Source of the DNA: Camelus dromedarius
Lineage: Eukaryota
Assembly (NCBI RefSeq): GCF_036321535.1
Contig: NC_087436.1
Coordinates: forward strand, 13,144,001-13,208,000
DNA length: 64,000 bases
Direction: 5' to 3'
The notes under the pieces were generated by a model, which was given only the letters and a program-made list of their open reading frames with translations, ran no database searches and was not told where the DNA came from. Below are positions 39,989 through 53,640 of the stretch, piece by piece. Each line of letters begins with the position of its first letter. The first letter of the stretch is position 1. The position numbers were made by a program, and so were the translations under genes.

Positions 39989-42633
39989 TTGAGACTAATT
40001 ATGTGGCAGACATCCTTAAAGGAACACAATCATCCAATTCACAAGATCACTGCAGAGTTAGGAAGGATAGGGAGCACTTCAAGTAGAGGTCCTCTCTGCT
40101 TTCCACTGCCCCAGGTACCAAGCAGTGTAGTTCCTTGATGGAAGTCACTGCACACTTGAGAAATCTGGCTGCCTCCTGCCTCACAGCTTCATCACACAGT
40201 TCACTGGGGTGGTTCTGAGCAATCAGAGTTATTGACCAAATGGAACTACTCCATAGGTTCTCTCTAGTGGGTCCTTTTCCCCCAACACAGGTCATGCGTT
40301 GCCCTCAAAAATAATGCACAGAATATTCTTGATAATTCATTGTAATTTCCTTTCCTTCTGACTTTCTTTAATCCTTTTTTATTTGATATCCTTAATGTGG
40401 ACACTTAGATGGAAGGGAAATTCATGGATGGATCTGTGGGAGATAATTACAAATAGAATAGAAACCCTTTTGTTGATATGTGGAGAACTTGAATGTGACC
40501 CTTCCAGAGTCCTCAGATGGATCAGTGACTGATTTCAGCAGCTAAGTACCAATCTGAGAGGAAGCTTTCAGACCTGCTATTAATTAATTCTGTTTTCCCC
40601 TATGCTTAGATTATTTGTGCAGAATAAATCCCTAGCCAATTGGTGATGATGCACTCATCCTTTCCCTCAGGCATTAAAGACTGGGTGCACCTTACCTGAG
40701 CCTCCGAACTACCTAAGGCATGCTTAGGAAAACTTCCTGGGGCCCCTTTTGCAGAGCAATGACTAGTTATGCAATAAAGGCAAAGAAGGGTGGTTGAGTT
40801 CCCACCCCCACTGCCCACCAAGAAGGGTGAGTTTGCCCTTTCATACTTCTTATTTTCCACCAGACTTCCCAAAGATTCTTTGCTTAGCAGGAAGCATTTA
40901 TTATAGTGAACATTAAACTAATGAGATTTATAAAAAGGAAAGTCATTGTTTAGAAACTGGTTTAACCATGTCCTTACTTGAGAGTCAACAATGGAGCAAA
41001 AAACACTTTAACAGACATAAATACTATAATCATATAAATACAACATAAATAGTAAATACTATAGCTGTCAAATTGTGAACATAGGTGTTTCCAGTTAAAT
41101 GATAAATTCCTGTGTGTGCCTCTTCTCAACCGGTGTGAAAATGGGGGCCAGAAGAGCCAGGCATGGGACCTGAATTACACAATGGGAACTCTTTCTGCAG
41201 AGAAGTGCCGATATGGGAACAACTGGTACTTCATTTTCAAATCCACTTTTCATTAATCAGAACAGAATTGCACTATCCTGAACCCCAAAGCAATTCAGGA
41301 CCATGTTCAGAAACAGAGTGCACAGATTTTGACAGACAAAGGTAACTTATGTCTTTATGTTAAACACTGAAGAATTAAATGCCTCTTAGCATCACAGTCA
41401 CCCAGGCGGTCTGTGAGGAACACATGATCACACTACAGGCAACTCCAAGGCAGTCGGCAAAATTGCCAGAGGATGGTGCCAAATGGCTAAATACTGCTGA
41501 TGGAAAATGTGACCATCAGCACATCGGCATGTCAGTGCCTGCCCACAGTGGCTGCCATGGAGGTTGAGGGTGGGGGCGTGGACAGAGCTGGGCTTGGGCA
41601 GCCCTGCAGAGCCATAGCTGCTGGAGTTGATGATGGAGACCCAAAAAGGAAGTGTTAACACACATCTCCTTTCCGCCCCCAAAAACACACACTTAAGTTT
41701 AATGAATTCACTTTGACTTCTCTTTATCTCATACTGGGGAAAAAAGGTTAAGAACAAAAAGGTTGATAATAACCCTGACAACAGGAGAAAAGTAGCTTTT
41801 CCCCCCCTTTCCAACAAGTCACTTTTTCTTTGTGTGTTTTCCTTCAAAATAACCCTATGCTTTATTCACAAAGAATTACACATAACTTGAGATTCCAGTG
41901 TATTATTCAGGGTGGGAAAGCTGGCAGCTGAAGCAGAAAGGCCCATGTTTTTGCAATTATCTCTGTTTCACATCCTCCCCCTTGCACATTCCCCAGTGAA
42001 GGAGCAGAACTGAGACGTGGGGTAGTGTGTCCATGGAAAGAACTGAGCACCTCTTATAGTGAAAATGTGCTGATTTTAAAAGGCAGTAAAGAGAATCTGT
42101 GATAGAGTTCTGTAGACTCACTTCTCATTTCTCACAGAAATACAGCTGTTTACTGTTGATTTTTATGCTACTTAAGTCTATAAAAATATTTTATTCAGAC
42201 TATAAATAGTTTTACTCCAATTAGCTTTGAGGCTAAATTGTGTTATGTTTGTGCCCTCAGAAGGCCACTTGGGAAAAAAAGGCAAAAAATAATGTGACCT
42301 CTTGGGAAAAAAATGGTACAAGTGGGGTTTTCCTTTTTTTTTTCCATTTCAATAGATGGGAAAACAGATGGGGCTTTAAAATGCAAAATATATCCTCAAC
42401 CTTTTTGCTAAGCATTCACAGAATTGGTTAAGAATTAAAGAATTTATCAATAAATGGAAAGAACATAGAATGCATATGTTATTTCCTAATTAAAATCTCT
42501 AAAAATATTTAAAAATAACAAACATAGAATCTAGATAGATTCATGCACTAGTGCCCCCCCCTCACACACACAGCACATCCTTTTGTGTGGAGACACAGGT
42601 AGTTTCCTAGAGTGTGTATGTGTTGACACATCG

Positions 42634-43358
42634 TGTAACTGAGGAGGACCTAATTGTCATCGGTGACCATCTGTTATCTGTAATGGTATTTGTAACTGCT
42701 TAACTGAATAGTGGTTTAAAAGATTTTTTTCATGCTATTGCTGATCAAGGTTAGGTTGGAAAGGAGGGAGGCTTAGGTAGTCTGTCCAACCCCCTTGTGG
42801 TGCTGCATGCAGGGATCATGATCAGTGCCCTGATCTTGCTCCCAGTGCCCTCCTCTTGACCCCTCGTGGTTTCCTTGTATCCTGTTGTTTGAGCTACAAG
42901 CCTCAGCCTTCAGCAGGAGTTTCCAGGCTAAAAGCATTTATCACCTTGACTTTAAACTGCACAAAGTTTTCTCTAGAGCTCTTTTCCATGGAGCCCCTTC
43001 CTAGGCATCTTTCATTCTAGGTACAAGAATATTAAGAGAGTCCGAAAGCCAGAGGTGAACTTCATAACCAGCAGAGGAAAGGGGACCACTGCACCTGCAA
43101 AAACAAGAATAACTTTGCAATAATTTGTTATTCTGTATGCAATCCCTATGGGAACTAGCTCTGGCCCTTGAACTCTTGAAATTTTACTACAAAACCCCCT
43201 GCCTTCTCTCCCCTGCAGGTTCACAGTCTTCGAGGCATTAGCCCACTATGGCCTCCTTTGACTGGCAAAGAAATAAAGCTGCCTTTTCTGATTCACCCAA
43301 AAGTCTGTCCTTGAGTATCAATTTGGTAAGCAGGGTATGGAGGTCGTGTTTTGCAACA
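42634..43358 (+). mobile_element. ERV1-like solo LTR, copy B (same family as copy A)
   Basis: TGTAAC...CAACA ends and full-length alignment to copy A. The flanks atcg / gtca are compatible with a CpG-decayed GTCG TSD. Confidence 0.85.
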
Positions 43359-44239
43359 GTCATTTCCTCAAAAGTGTGAGGGCAACCACAGGTAATGCTA
43401 CGGCAACCCTGTGCACAGATGCCTCCATTCAAAATACAAGTCAGACCCTTGAGTGGTTTAAGTATGGGTGGGTAGCAAATACAATAACCTTGTTTTCAAA
43501 GGGACACTGACTTTGTCCATAGTATTTTTGGGGGGCAGAGTGAGCTTATCAGAGGCTGCCAGGTAATCTCTGCATCTTGGTCTTGTGGGAGAGGCTGAAT
43601 GCGGGGAGGTATTTCCAGAAATGTCTGAGAGAAAGGGAATCAGAGACAAGTAAGTACCACAGGTAAAGAGGAAAGCCAGAAGGCCGTCTTTCAGATGAGA
43701 GTTAAGAATCAAGTTTGAGAACTGGTACAAGTCATAAACAAGAGGCCAGGCAAAGGATTAGGAACCAAGGAGATTAGGTGCAAATGAAAACTGTAGTATG
43801 ATGTGGATTTTAAAATGGAGCATAAATGCAAACAAGTTGAGGATGTAGATTGTCAATGAGACAGGGAGGCAGTGGAAGGAACCAGCAGTGGGAAAGCCAT
43901 GCCTGTGAATGAGCACAGAAGGTCTCAGAATGCCTCGAGCTGGAAGTGAAGGTTTACCTGGCAAAGGTCAGGTGGTCTGGAGTCAGGGTCCAGGGCACTT
44001 GGGCAAGGAGGTCATTTTCCTTTAGGGAGAACATTAAGCTTTCATGTTATTGTGAAATAGTTTATGAAGGGAAAAAAAATCATTTTGGAGTTTAGGGAAT
44101 TTAGAGGGAAGGAAAGGACCTTATGAAAACAAAGCGGCCCAGAGAGAGAAAAGAGGGGGCGGGGGAGAGATGCCTCACAGCAGCCCCTCCACCTGGGCGC
44201 ACAGCCAACTAGGTTGATCCCAAAACAGGGACCAACACC

Positions 44240-44350
44240 TGTGTCCCACCTCCAGAGATTCCAAAGGGATGAGTCTGCATCAGCCCAAGTGTCAGGATTT
44301 TAAAGAACTTTCCAGATAATTTTAACAAGTGCAGCAAATTGAGAACCGCT
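44240..44350. mobile_element. MER5-like hAT fragment
   Basis: cccacctccagagattcc...ccagataattttaac...ttgagaaccgct. Confidence 0.55.
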
Positions 44351-45559
44351 CCTTTGCCATTTTGCCCTGCTAACCCTGCTCAGCAAAGCAATGGGAGGTT
44401 TGTGCACAAGTGGAAACTGTAGCTGTAAACAGAACACCCAGGGAACCCAAATGGGACTAGAAAGCCCCATGTTTCGTGCTGCTGCTCTCCTGGGGGTGGA
44501 GCAGCTGTTGACTGCATCAGAATGTACAGTTATTAAAGGAGCAGCATTTTGTCTTGCGCTTTGATCTCTGACGGCGTGGACGCCTATCCAGTGCACGTAG
44601 ATAATAGCGAAATGACTGCAAGCCCTCTGGTATTTAGGGCGCATGCAAAAGTTTATGGTTTATTGAAGTGGGAACTAGCAAGGGTCTCCTAACCTACGAG
44701 AGGAGTCGTTAACTGCATGTGGGCTGGCCGCTCACAGTAGAGAGAGCGGGGCTATGTTTTCTGTGTGTTGCGGGAATTGGGTTTGTGAGTTTTCACAATT
44801 TTCACATATGTAAAATGCCAGCCATAATGCTGCCTTTCCATTAACGTAGTGGATTACAGTTGTGTGTTCTGGCATCACTTCCAGCAACAGTCCCCACACT
44901 GGTGAAGTCTTGCTGTTTGACACTGACCTATAAAATGTGTTATAACGATCTAAAATAAGGGAAAGAAATGAAAAATAAAATCAGCCACGAAGGCATTTTG
45001 AAATGAGGTAAGATTTGAAATGGCTCTGGCACGTGCGGTGTTCTATAAAGTCAAGTCCACAACTCAGCCTTTCTTTCATTTTTAAAAGATTCTTGCAAAC
45101 AAAATCCAGTAATAGTTATATGACAAAAGACTGGACATTGTGAATTCATAGCAAAAGCAGTCTTACACCAAGAATCAGGGATCTGCTGGGTTACAGTTTA
45201 CCTTGTATATCCTATGGCCGGCCACAGGCATTCACAAAAACCGCTCGGCTGCGTCTTCATCAAGCTTAGGTCTTTGTATAAAGATGTCTAAGATAGCGGT
45301 TATTATCTACCATAACAAAACACCTAATTTCCATACACTTGACCACCACTTAATAGCCAAAAATAATGTCATCAGCATTCTTATAAGAAACAAGCTTACA
45401 CACATGCAACTCGAAAATAAAATGAAATGTCCCATTTGCTACCTCCTACCAAGGCTGACCCCAGGGCCACCGACAGAGATGTCTATTTCAAGTATAAGAA
45501 ACACTTGCCAGACTGGTATGTTCCTTAAACTTTCCTGCTTGCTTTTTAAGTGAAAAGCT

Positions 45560-45790
45560 GTGTAGAGCCAGGCTTGAGAGCGCAGCTTGGAACTCAGGTA
45601 AAGCTGGCTCCTAGCTCTGATACTTACTGGCTGTGTGACCAGGTAAGCTCCCCCTACTCTCTTTGAGAACCAGTTCACTAATTTACCAAGTGGGCATAAG
45701 AATCCTTGGTGACTTCATAGGATTGATGTAAAGACCAAGTGAAATAATGTACCTGAAGGGCTTAGTAAAGAGCACCACGGAACGGAGTAG
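45560..45790 (+). mobile_element. MIR SINE
   Basis: tcctagctctgatacttactggctgtgtgacc...cttcataggattgatgtaaagaccaagtgaaataatg. Confidence 0.75.
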
Positions 45791-46090
45791 CTTCTCCATG
45801 ACTGACAGCTATGGTGGTTGTGTTCCTATGGAATTACCTTCAAGTTGACATAGAGTGGATATTGGATGTAGGAGACGAGGGAAATAAAAGTTGGCTTTCA
45901 CATTTTTTGCTTAGTAGCTGTATCTCCTCTGCTTTTATATCATCTTTTTAGCCAGAATACTCTTTTGGGTTTATTTAATGCTTTTTACTCAACATTTTAA
46001 TAGTGAAATTTCTGACATTGGGTTATTTTCTGCATTTTACCAGTCAACTAATCTTTTCTTAGTTAGAAAAAGAGAAGCACTAAGTAAAAT

Positions 46091-46160
46091 GAGAGAGAGA
46101 GAGAGAGACAGGAGAGAGAGAGGAGAGAGAGAGACAGGAGAGAGAGAGGAGAGAGAGAGA
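46091..46160. repeat. Compound (GA)n / GAGACAG polypurine tract
   Basis: Seen directly; accounts for the RERE run in ORF 45978-46169. Confidence 0.9.
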
Positions 46161-47360
46161 TTAGGTTAAATTATAGTAAAGGCCCCAAGACCAGGCTGGA
46201 AGCTGACCCTGGGATGGCAGGAGGTGGGGCAGCCATGTTTCCCTGCCTCCCAGCACCTTACAATTAACATGTGGTCCGTAAATGTTTATGGAAATGAGTG
46301 AATGAATTAGCCCTGCTCTGCTGTGTCCTGACAAATATTTTTGTGAACTAACAATGACAAATTCTTCCTGAATAGCTCAATTCCTGGAGAAGTCATTAAT
46401 ATTTATCATGAAAACCCTGCCTCCATGAGAGTCTGGAATACTCAGCAATTCCTAAGTCGTTTACCCATACATAATTCCATTGCCTGTGTGTTGGCTGCAA
46501 ACTTCATTATGAATAGAGTGGACAATTAGGAGCATTTCTTGGCCTTCCAAGCGTGTGGCCTTCCTTCCCATGTTTGGGAAGTCTTCCAGTGTGGGGGTCT
46601 TAATTGGAAGTGGCGTGCCACCTCTCAGAAGCCCTGAATACCTTCATTGTCCCAAGTCCCTAGCAATTGGCAGGAACCTAAATTCGCCTCCACAGATGAT
46701 CACCATGGCGTCCCACGGTCTGGAGTGAGTGTGGCATAAGGAGCAGAGACAGTTGACAACAACTTCCAAAGGTAGAAGAAGTGCTTGCTTCTTATCTCCA
46801 GTCTCTAGAGAGACATCGGGGTCAAGGGTCCAGTGATACATCAGGTGTCCATCATCAGTGCTGTGACAGCTGTCTGTTCCCCACGTGTGTTCTGCCTAAT
46901 TCTCACCTGCTCCTGCCTAGCCTCCTTAGGTGTCTGCCTATATTCTACAGCTAATTCTCCAGACTGTCAGTTGAGTTTGTAATTTATGAAGTATTGTCCC
47001 AATTAATTCCTTTTCTTCCTAAGTTACCCAGAGTAATTTTGTATCATTTTCAGTCAAGAATTCTGATAGTCACAGTGAGAGTAGATGGGGTTTGTGAAAG
47101 CTGAATAAGAGCATACAATCCTTTTTAACTAATCAATCTTTTAAAATCAATTGTCATTAAACTCATTTAATTAACACTAGTCAGGGTCCTCTGTTCAGTT
47201 TTACAACTAATCCAATGCCTAGCATGAATTAGGAACTCAATAAATATTTTCATTGATGAATGAATGAACAAAGAAAATGCAACGATTGAAGTGAAGAACT
47301 CACTGGATAAGCTTGACACCAAGTTGGATGTGCAAAACGTAAGTGAGCAGGAAGAGAACT

Positions 47361-47884
47361 TGTAATAGGGAAGAACAAATCTGACTCCATATTAGATCTG
47401 TTCCTTTGGCTCTAACCCTGTGCTCTGTTTCCTGAGCTCAGTCATGCTAGTTCTGCACCTTTTGTAAAAGAACGTTGCCTTGAGCCTGAAATATACAGGA
47501 GAGCCCATTCTCAAGGCTCTGACCTTTAAGGGTATAATACTTCTCCATTCATGTAGAGATAAAAAGTTGCAGAACAGAGAATAACATTTGTCTTGTTGGA
47601 GATTTACAGGAATATCATGACTTGATTTGCCCAGACAGCTGCAAGAAAAAAGGACTCTGACAGCAAGAAGTTTGTAACAACCTACCACATCCCCTCCCCT
47701 TTTTAGTATAAAAAGAGCCTGAATTCTGTCTTGGGGAAGATGGTTCTTTCTCCAGGACATTAGTCTGCTGTCATCTCGGTCTGCTGGCTTTCCAAATAAG
47801 GCCATTATTTCTTGTCCCAACACCTCATCTCCCAGTTTATTGGCCTGTTTTGTGGTGAGCAGTATGAATTTGGACTCGGTAACA
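47361..47884 (+). mobile_element. ERV1 (MER34-like) solo LTR
   Basis: TGTAATAGGG...GGTAACA ends, TATA box gtataaaa at ~47706, TSD aact / agct. Confidence 0.85.
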
Positions 47885-48305
47885 AGCTGAGTAGAAAATT
47901 TTCAGGCCACAGCAACTGCAAATGAATTTACTTCTGTGGTTTATGTCCCCATGAAACTTACAATCTAGCTAAGAAGAGGAGACCAACTTTCAAGAAACAA
48001 TTTGTGAACAACAAAAGACAGAATTGTATATAAATAAGGGGTAAATGGGGGAAAGTGATTGAAGACTGTACGTATTGTGTATGTCTGACATTCTTTCTTT
48101 GGTGTTGTCAAATTATCCCTCATTCACCAAGCATATAAAGATGTGGGCAGGAAATGATCCAGACCAGAAAATCCATGTACTCATTGTATGAGTTTTGAAC
48201 GAGTTCAGCTGAAGCATTCATTATCTGAGATCTGTATATTGACAGAGTCAGAATACCAGGTTTGTCTGTTGAGGTTTGGTCAGAAATACATATTGTGATT
48301 TTCAG

Positions 48306-49096
48306 AGAAAATCAAAACTACAATGAGGTATCACCTCACACCCATCAGAATAGCCACAAATAAAAAGTCCACAAGTGATAAATGCTGGAGAGGCTGTGGA
48401 GAAAAGGGAATTCTACCATGCTGCTTGTGGAAATGTAGTTTGGTGCAGCCATTATGGAAAACAGTATAGAGATTCCTCAAAAAAACTAAAAACAGACTTA
48501 CCATATGATCCAGCAATCCCACTCCTGAGTGTATGTCCAGAGAAAAATATAATTCAAAAAGACACATGTGCCCCAATGTTCACAGCATCAGTATTTACAA
48601 CAGCCAAGACATGGTAACAACCTAAATGTCCATCGACAGATGATTGAATAAAGAGTTGTGGTATATTTATACAATGGAATACTAATAAGCCATAAAAAAA
48701 CCCCAAAATAATGCATTGGTAGCAACATGGATGGACCTGGTGATATCATTCATATGTGGAATCTAGAAAAAAGACAAATGAACTTATTTACAAAACAGAA
48801 ACAGACTCACAGACATAGAAAACAAATATGATTACCAGAGGGTAAAGGAGGTGGGAAGGGATAAATTGGGAGTTTGAGATTTGTAGATACTAACTACTAT
48901 ATATAAAATAGTTTCTTCTGTACAAGCACAGGGAACTATATTCAATATCTCATAGTAGCATATAATGGAAAAGAATGAGTGTGTGTTTGTTTATGTATGA
49001 TTGAAATGTTATGCTGTGCACCAGAAACTGACACATTATAAACTGACTATACTTCAATTTTAAAAATTAAATTAAATTTAATTTAATTAAAAAAAG
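48306..49096 (+). mobile_element. 5'-truncated Cetartiodactyla-type L1 (ORF2 C-terminus, 3'UTR and tail)
   Basis: ORF 48375-48617 contains [16 protein letters not shown]...[10 protein letters not shown], the L1 ORF2 C-terminus. Degenerate TSD agaaatacatattgtg / agagatagctattgtg. Confidence 0.9.
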
Positions 49097-49224
49097 AGAT
49101 AGCTATTGTGCTCTGTAATTAGAGAATACGAGGAATTAGAACCCTGGCTCTGTGACATCCCTGATCCCAGTCAACCTCTGTGGAAGCCACTGAGTCATAC
49201 CGAGGGCTCCTCTCTCCCTAGAGG

Positions 49225-49640
49225 TATCCACCACATATGTGCAAATCAAAATAATTTAAGAAGAATTTAATACAGAGACTATTTTCAAATGGTGTAAGGA
49301 CATCACAGGGGATAGTGAAATGCCCCGAGGCTATTACCTGCTCTAGGCCCAAGGGGACAAGAGGAGAGAGTAACTATTTAAAAACTGGAAGGAGAAAGTC
49401 ATAGGGAGATGGTCACCTAAAAAGAACTGGGACTTTGAGTCAAGAGAATCAGCTTTGCCTAGAAAACCCTGCTGAAAGGGAACTGGAAGATCAACTGCCT
49501 GACCTCACTCTCCTCCCTATCTCACTGAATAAACCTAACCAGCAGCCAGAGGGCAAGAAGTGTTGATAGTATTATCTATTTAGATCAGCCTCCAGACGCA
49601 GAGAGCATATGGACAAGGTGGGGAGTTAATTTGAAGGGGA
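49225..49640 (-). mobile_element. Possible old LTR (LTR78/79-like)
   Basis: aataatttaagaagaatttaatacagagactatt...ctcactgaataaacctaaccagcagccagagggcaag; family assignment uncertain. Confidence 0.4.
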
Positions 49641-50119
49641 AAAGGAACATTGTCTGCTATGCTGAAGAACAATGGTTTTCATTGGGGTGCACCCCTTCCT
49701 TGATTTGAGGGACACGGAAAGATTTTCCTATGGGTGTGTGGCAAGGAGAGCTTTAAGACGTTCAAGCTGTAGATCTTCGAGCTGCATTTGTGCTCTTTCC
49801 TAATTCTGATCTACCTGAGAATGTGTCTTTGGTTGAAGGTACTTCCTTCTCCCCTCCCCTCCCACAAAGGCCCTTATTAAGCTTAAAAAAAGGCATATCT
49901 TACCCATCTAGAAAGAAAGATGTATCTTTAATCTCTATTGATGCATTACCACAAAGTGTGAAAACCTTTGAAATGACAAGGGTACAATTTGAAATACTGG
50001 TGTCTATGAACTCTAGTTCATCAAAATTTATAACATATTTAATTTATTGTGATTAATTGTACACCTACTAAGTTTCCAATAATTACTCAAACCAGAGGAA
50101 ATTTTTTCTAACATTTAGA

Positions 50120-50296
50120 GCAAGAATTTCCAGCAATGGCTGCACATTATAAAGACTTGGAGAGATTTAAAGATTCCTTAACAACAAAGCACTGAAGATC
50201 AATTAAATAATGTATAGTATAGGGGTAGGAGCTATGCAGCAGCAAGTCTTAAAGCTCCCTAGGTAATTCAAAATGCAGACAAAGATGAGACCCATT
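50120..50296. mobile_element. MER5-like hAT element
   Basis: tggctgcacattat...aaagctccctaggtaattc...agatgagacccat. Confidence 0.6.
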
Positions 50297-50574
50297 TAAT
50301 TAGAGACTTAGAGGGTTAGAAAATGTTGGTCAAAAAAATTAAATTCTAAAAATATTGTGTGCTCATTTGGTTTAAGAAAAATATTATACAGCAATCAAAA
50401 GACATTTAAGTCTAAAATTATATTACATAAGGATTCTAAGTTACATAGAAAACCTATGGAGAAAGTAGAGTAAAATGAGTAAATAAACCAGTTCAAGGAG
50501 TAAAAGAAATAGTGTAAAATTTCTAACAGAACTTTTAAAGAAATGGATAATGGCATTTATCAAATTTTAAGCTT

Positions 50575-53500
50575 GTTGGGCTAAGATGGAGTAGCTTTCA
50601 GCAGCCAAGGCTTCTGATGAGGCAACTAGAAAAGCTGGATAAAAACACCTATAAAAATTCTCTTGACCTCCTGAAGGTCATCAAAGAACTACTAAGGTAA
50701 CTAGGATTGATGAGCCAAGATCTCAGAAGAAAGGTGCACTGACATTCCTTGAAACAAATTATGAATTGAGGCATTTGCTGATTCCAGCCCTGGACAAGAG
50801 GCTGAAAACTCAAGAGCTTTAAGCAATCTTCTGGGCTCAGAAGACAACATTTATAGTTAGGGATGCCGAGGCATCTAGGACTTGAGGGGCCAAGAAAGGA
50901 AAGTGCAAAGAAATAAGTCCAATGTTTAGTGCTTTCTGCCCAGAGGAATTTGCTAAATATTAATCTACTCAGGGAAAAAATGCTGTGTAACTACTCAAAA
51001 AAGTTTCTGAAATGTAGAGTGTTATTTTCAGCAGTCTCAGAGGACTGAAGAGACAAAGAACTTTGAAAACTTCCAAAGAAAAGGACTATTAGCAAACATC
51101 CCAGATTCTCAGTGAGACCTCTTGAAATCTATACTCTAGGAGCAGAGGAAAACAAGAGTTGACCAAGCCTCACTGGAACTCAGCTTCAAGCCAGTCTAGT
51201 CACTGGTTGGATTGAGGTGATCTGTCCCACCACAGCTGCCCATCAAAGAATAAAAGGGCCTCCCCACCCACTTCAGGAAGAAGGCAGTGTCATTCAGTTT
51301 CCTTACTTCCTCATATACAGTCTTCCATTCATTCAAAAATTGCCAAGTATGCTGGCAGAACTATGGAGACAGGAAAAAGATCAGTGATTGCCAGGCATTG
51401 GGGGGAGGGGGGAATGAACAGGTGGAGCACAGAGGATTTTTAAGGCAGTGAAACTGTTCTGTATAGTACTATAACGATGGGTATATGTCATTCTACATTT
51501 GTCAAAACCCATAGAATGTACAACATCAAGAATAAACTAAACTGTGAGTGGTAGTAATGTGTCAATAAGGTTCATTGATTGTAAAATATGTACCACTCGA
51601 GTGAAGGATGTTGATAGTAGGGCAGCTGTGGGGGGGGAGGGGGCAAGGGCAGCAGGTTGGGCAGGGGCTATATGGGAACTCTTTCTTTTTTCTGTTCAAT
51701 TTTGTTGTGAACCTAAAACTTCTCTAAATAATAGAGTCTATTTCTCAAAAAATGTCAAGCATACCAAAAAATGGGACCAAAAAGAAAAAGAAAAAATGAC
51801 TATTGATGACCCAATTATTGAAGAATTAGACACAGACTTTCAATTGTGGCAGTATATTTAAGAAAATAAGTATCAAGATGGAGAATTTCAGTAGGAAACT
51901 AAAATATATTTGAAAACATCAAGTGGAAATTACGGAAGTGAAAAATGCAATAGTGTTAATAAGGAATTCCATAGATACTCTTGACAGCAGTTTGGACATA
52001 AAAAAGATTAGTGAACTGAAAGATGGAGTAATAGATATTCTAGAAAGAGAGATTAACAATAAGAAATACATGGGGCATAATGAAATCCCATCAGAGGGTC
52101 ATCCTACACTATATCTGTCCAGCACTCCTCGAAAGTGTCAAGGTCATCAAAAACAAGGACAGTCAACACCAAAAGAAGCCTGAGAGACATAAAAATCAAT
52201 GTTAATTTATTAGTTGTAACAAAGTGCCATACTAATGTAAGATGTTAATAATAAGGGAAACTATGTATATTGGAATATTCTATAATACTTACTCAATCTC
52301 TCTATAACTCTAAAACTATTCTAAAGTATAAAGTATATTAGTTAAAAAGACAAGGGGACTTTATGAATAACTTTCTTCCAATACATTTTGAAGTTTAATG
52401 TCTACAAATACCTAAAAAAACACAGTTTACCAAAATTGATGCAAGAAGAAAATTTTAAAATCTGAATATTCTCATATCCATTAAAGAAATTGAATCTGTC
52501 ATTAAAAATCTTTTTAATTACAAACGAAGATATCTCCAATCCCACCTAATTTTAGAGGTAAGTTCTCCAAAATGTTTAGGAAAGAAATGACACCAATCTT
52601 ACACAAACTCTTCCAGAGAAGAGAATAATTGCGTCTTTAATGAGGGCATTAAAACTGTGACTTCAAAATATCTAAGGCCATTACAATAGAGAAAAAGTAT
52701 ATGCCAGTCTCTTAAGAACATAACTTTTTAAATGAAAATATTAAAATCCAGCAAATTAAATCCAGATATATATCATATATACACAAACATATAATGACAA
52801 TGTTATTTACCCATTGACAGAAAAAGGGAGAAAAATTATATAGTCATCTCAGTTAATACAGAAAAATATTTACTATCATTTAATACCAATTCATGATTTT
52901 AAAATGTTTAGCAAACCAGGAACAGGATGAGTATTTACAAAAATTTTCTTTCTCTGATAAAGAGTATTTACCCCTCAAAAACCATGTTTAATTTTTACAT
53001 ATTGATCTTAAAGAATGTAGAATGAGTCAAAGATGCCCAATGTCACCTTTTCTATTCAACATTGTATTTGAGGTCTTATCCATGTCAACAAGGCAAGGAG
53101 AATAAAAAGTTTTAATAAATGGAAAGAGAGAAAATTGTCTTTAGAAGATGACAGTGGGGCATGCATAGAAGCCTACAAATTTAAAAATTATAAAATTAAT
53201 AAATAAAACATTTTACAAGATTACCAAATACAAGATTAATATACAAAAATTAAATGTACTTCTGTATTTCAATAATAAAGAGAAATAATAAATAATAATA
53301 ATAATAATAATTAATAAATAAAATAATACACTTTATTTGTCAGAAATCTAAAGAAACATGTTTACACATATTCCTCCACACTTCACTACAAGACATTGCT
53401 GAGAAAAATTGAACAAGATCCAATAAATGCTAGACATACTATGTTTACATATTAGAACACTCAGTACTGGAATTATACCTTCATATTAATCTAATACATG

Positions 53501-53640
53501 CTATATATCACAGTATATATCAATATAATCTCAATCAAAATCCAAGCTGGTGTATGGGTGTGTGTGTGTACATTGACAAACAGATACTAAATTTTATATA
53601 GAAGTGGAGAGAGTCAAGAATAGTCAAAGTAAAATTGAAA
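50575..53640 (+). mobile_element. Old L1M mosaic, with nested L1MC-type 3' ends at ~51360-51750 and ~52090-52350
   Basis: ORF1-like MEITEVKNAIVLIRNSIDTLDSSLD..KISELKD (51923), ORF2-like ctattcaacattgtatttgaggtc, and an L1MC1-type 3'UTR acatttgtcaaaacccatagaatgtacaac. Confidence 0.8.

Noticed and set aside
41428..41847. 139-aa ORF between the twin LTRs as possible ERV cargo
   Set aside because: No gag, pol or env motifs and a non-ATG start. The two LTRs have separate TSDs, so the spacer is probably host DNA.
39604..43224. Two similar peptides (LQGREGRGF..K.SRV.GPELV) suggesting a paralogous gene pair
   Set aside because: The similarity simply reflects the two LTR copies read in antisense.
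47392..47823. 143-aa ORF, the longest in the track
   Set aside because: It lies entirely antisense within a solo LTR and resembles no protein I recognise.
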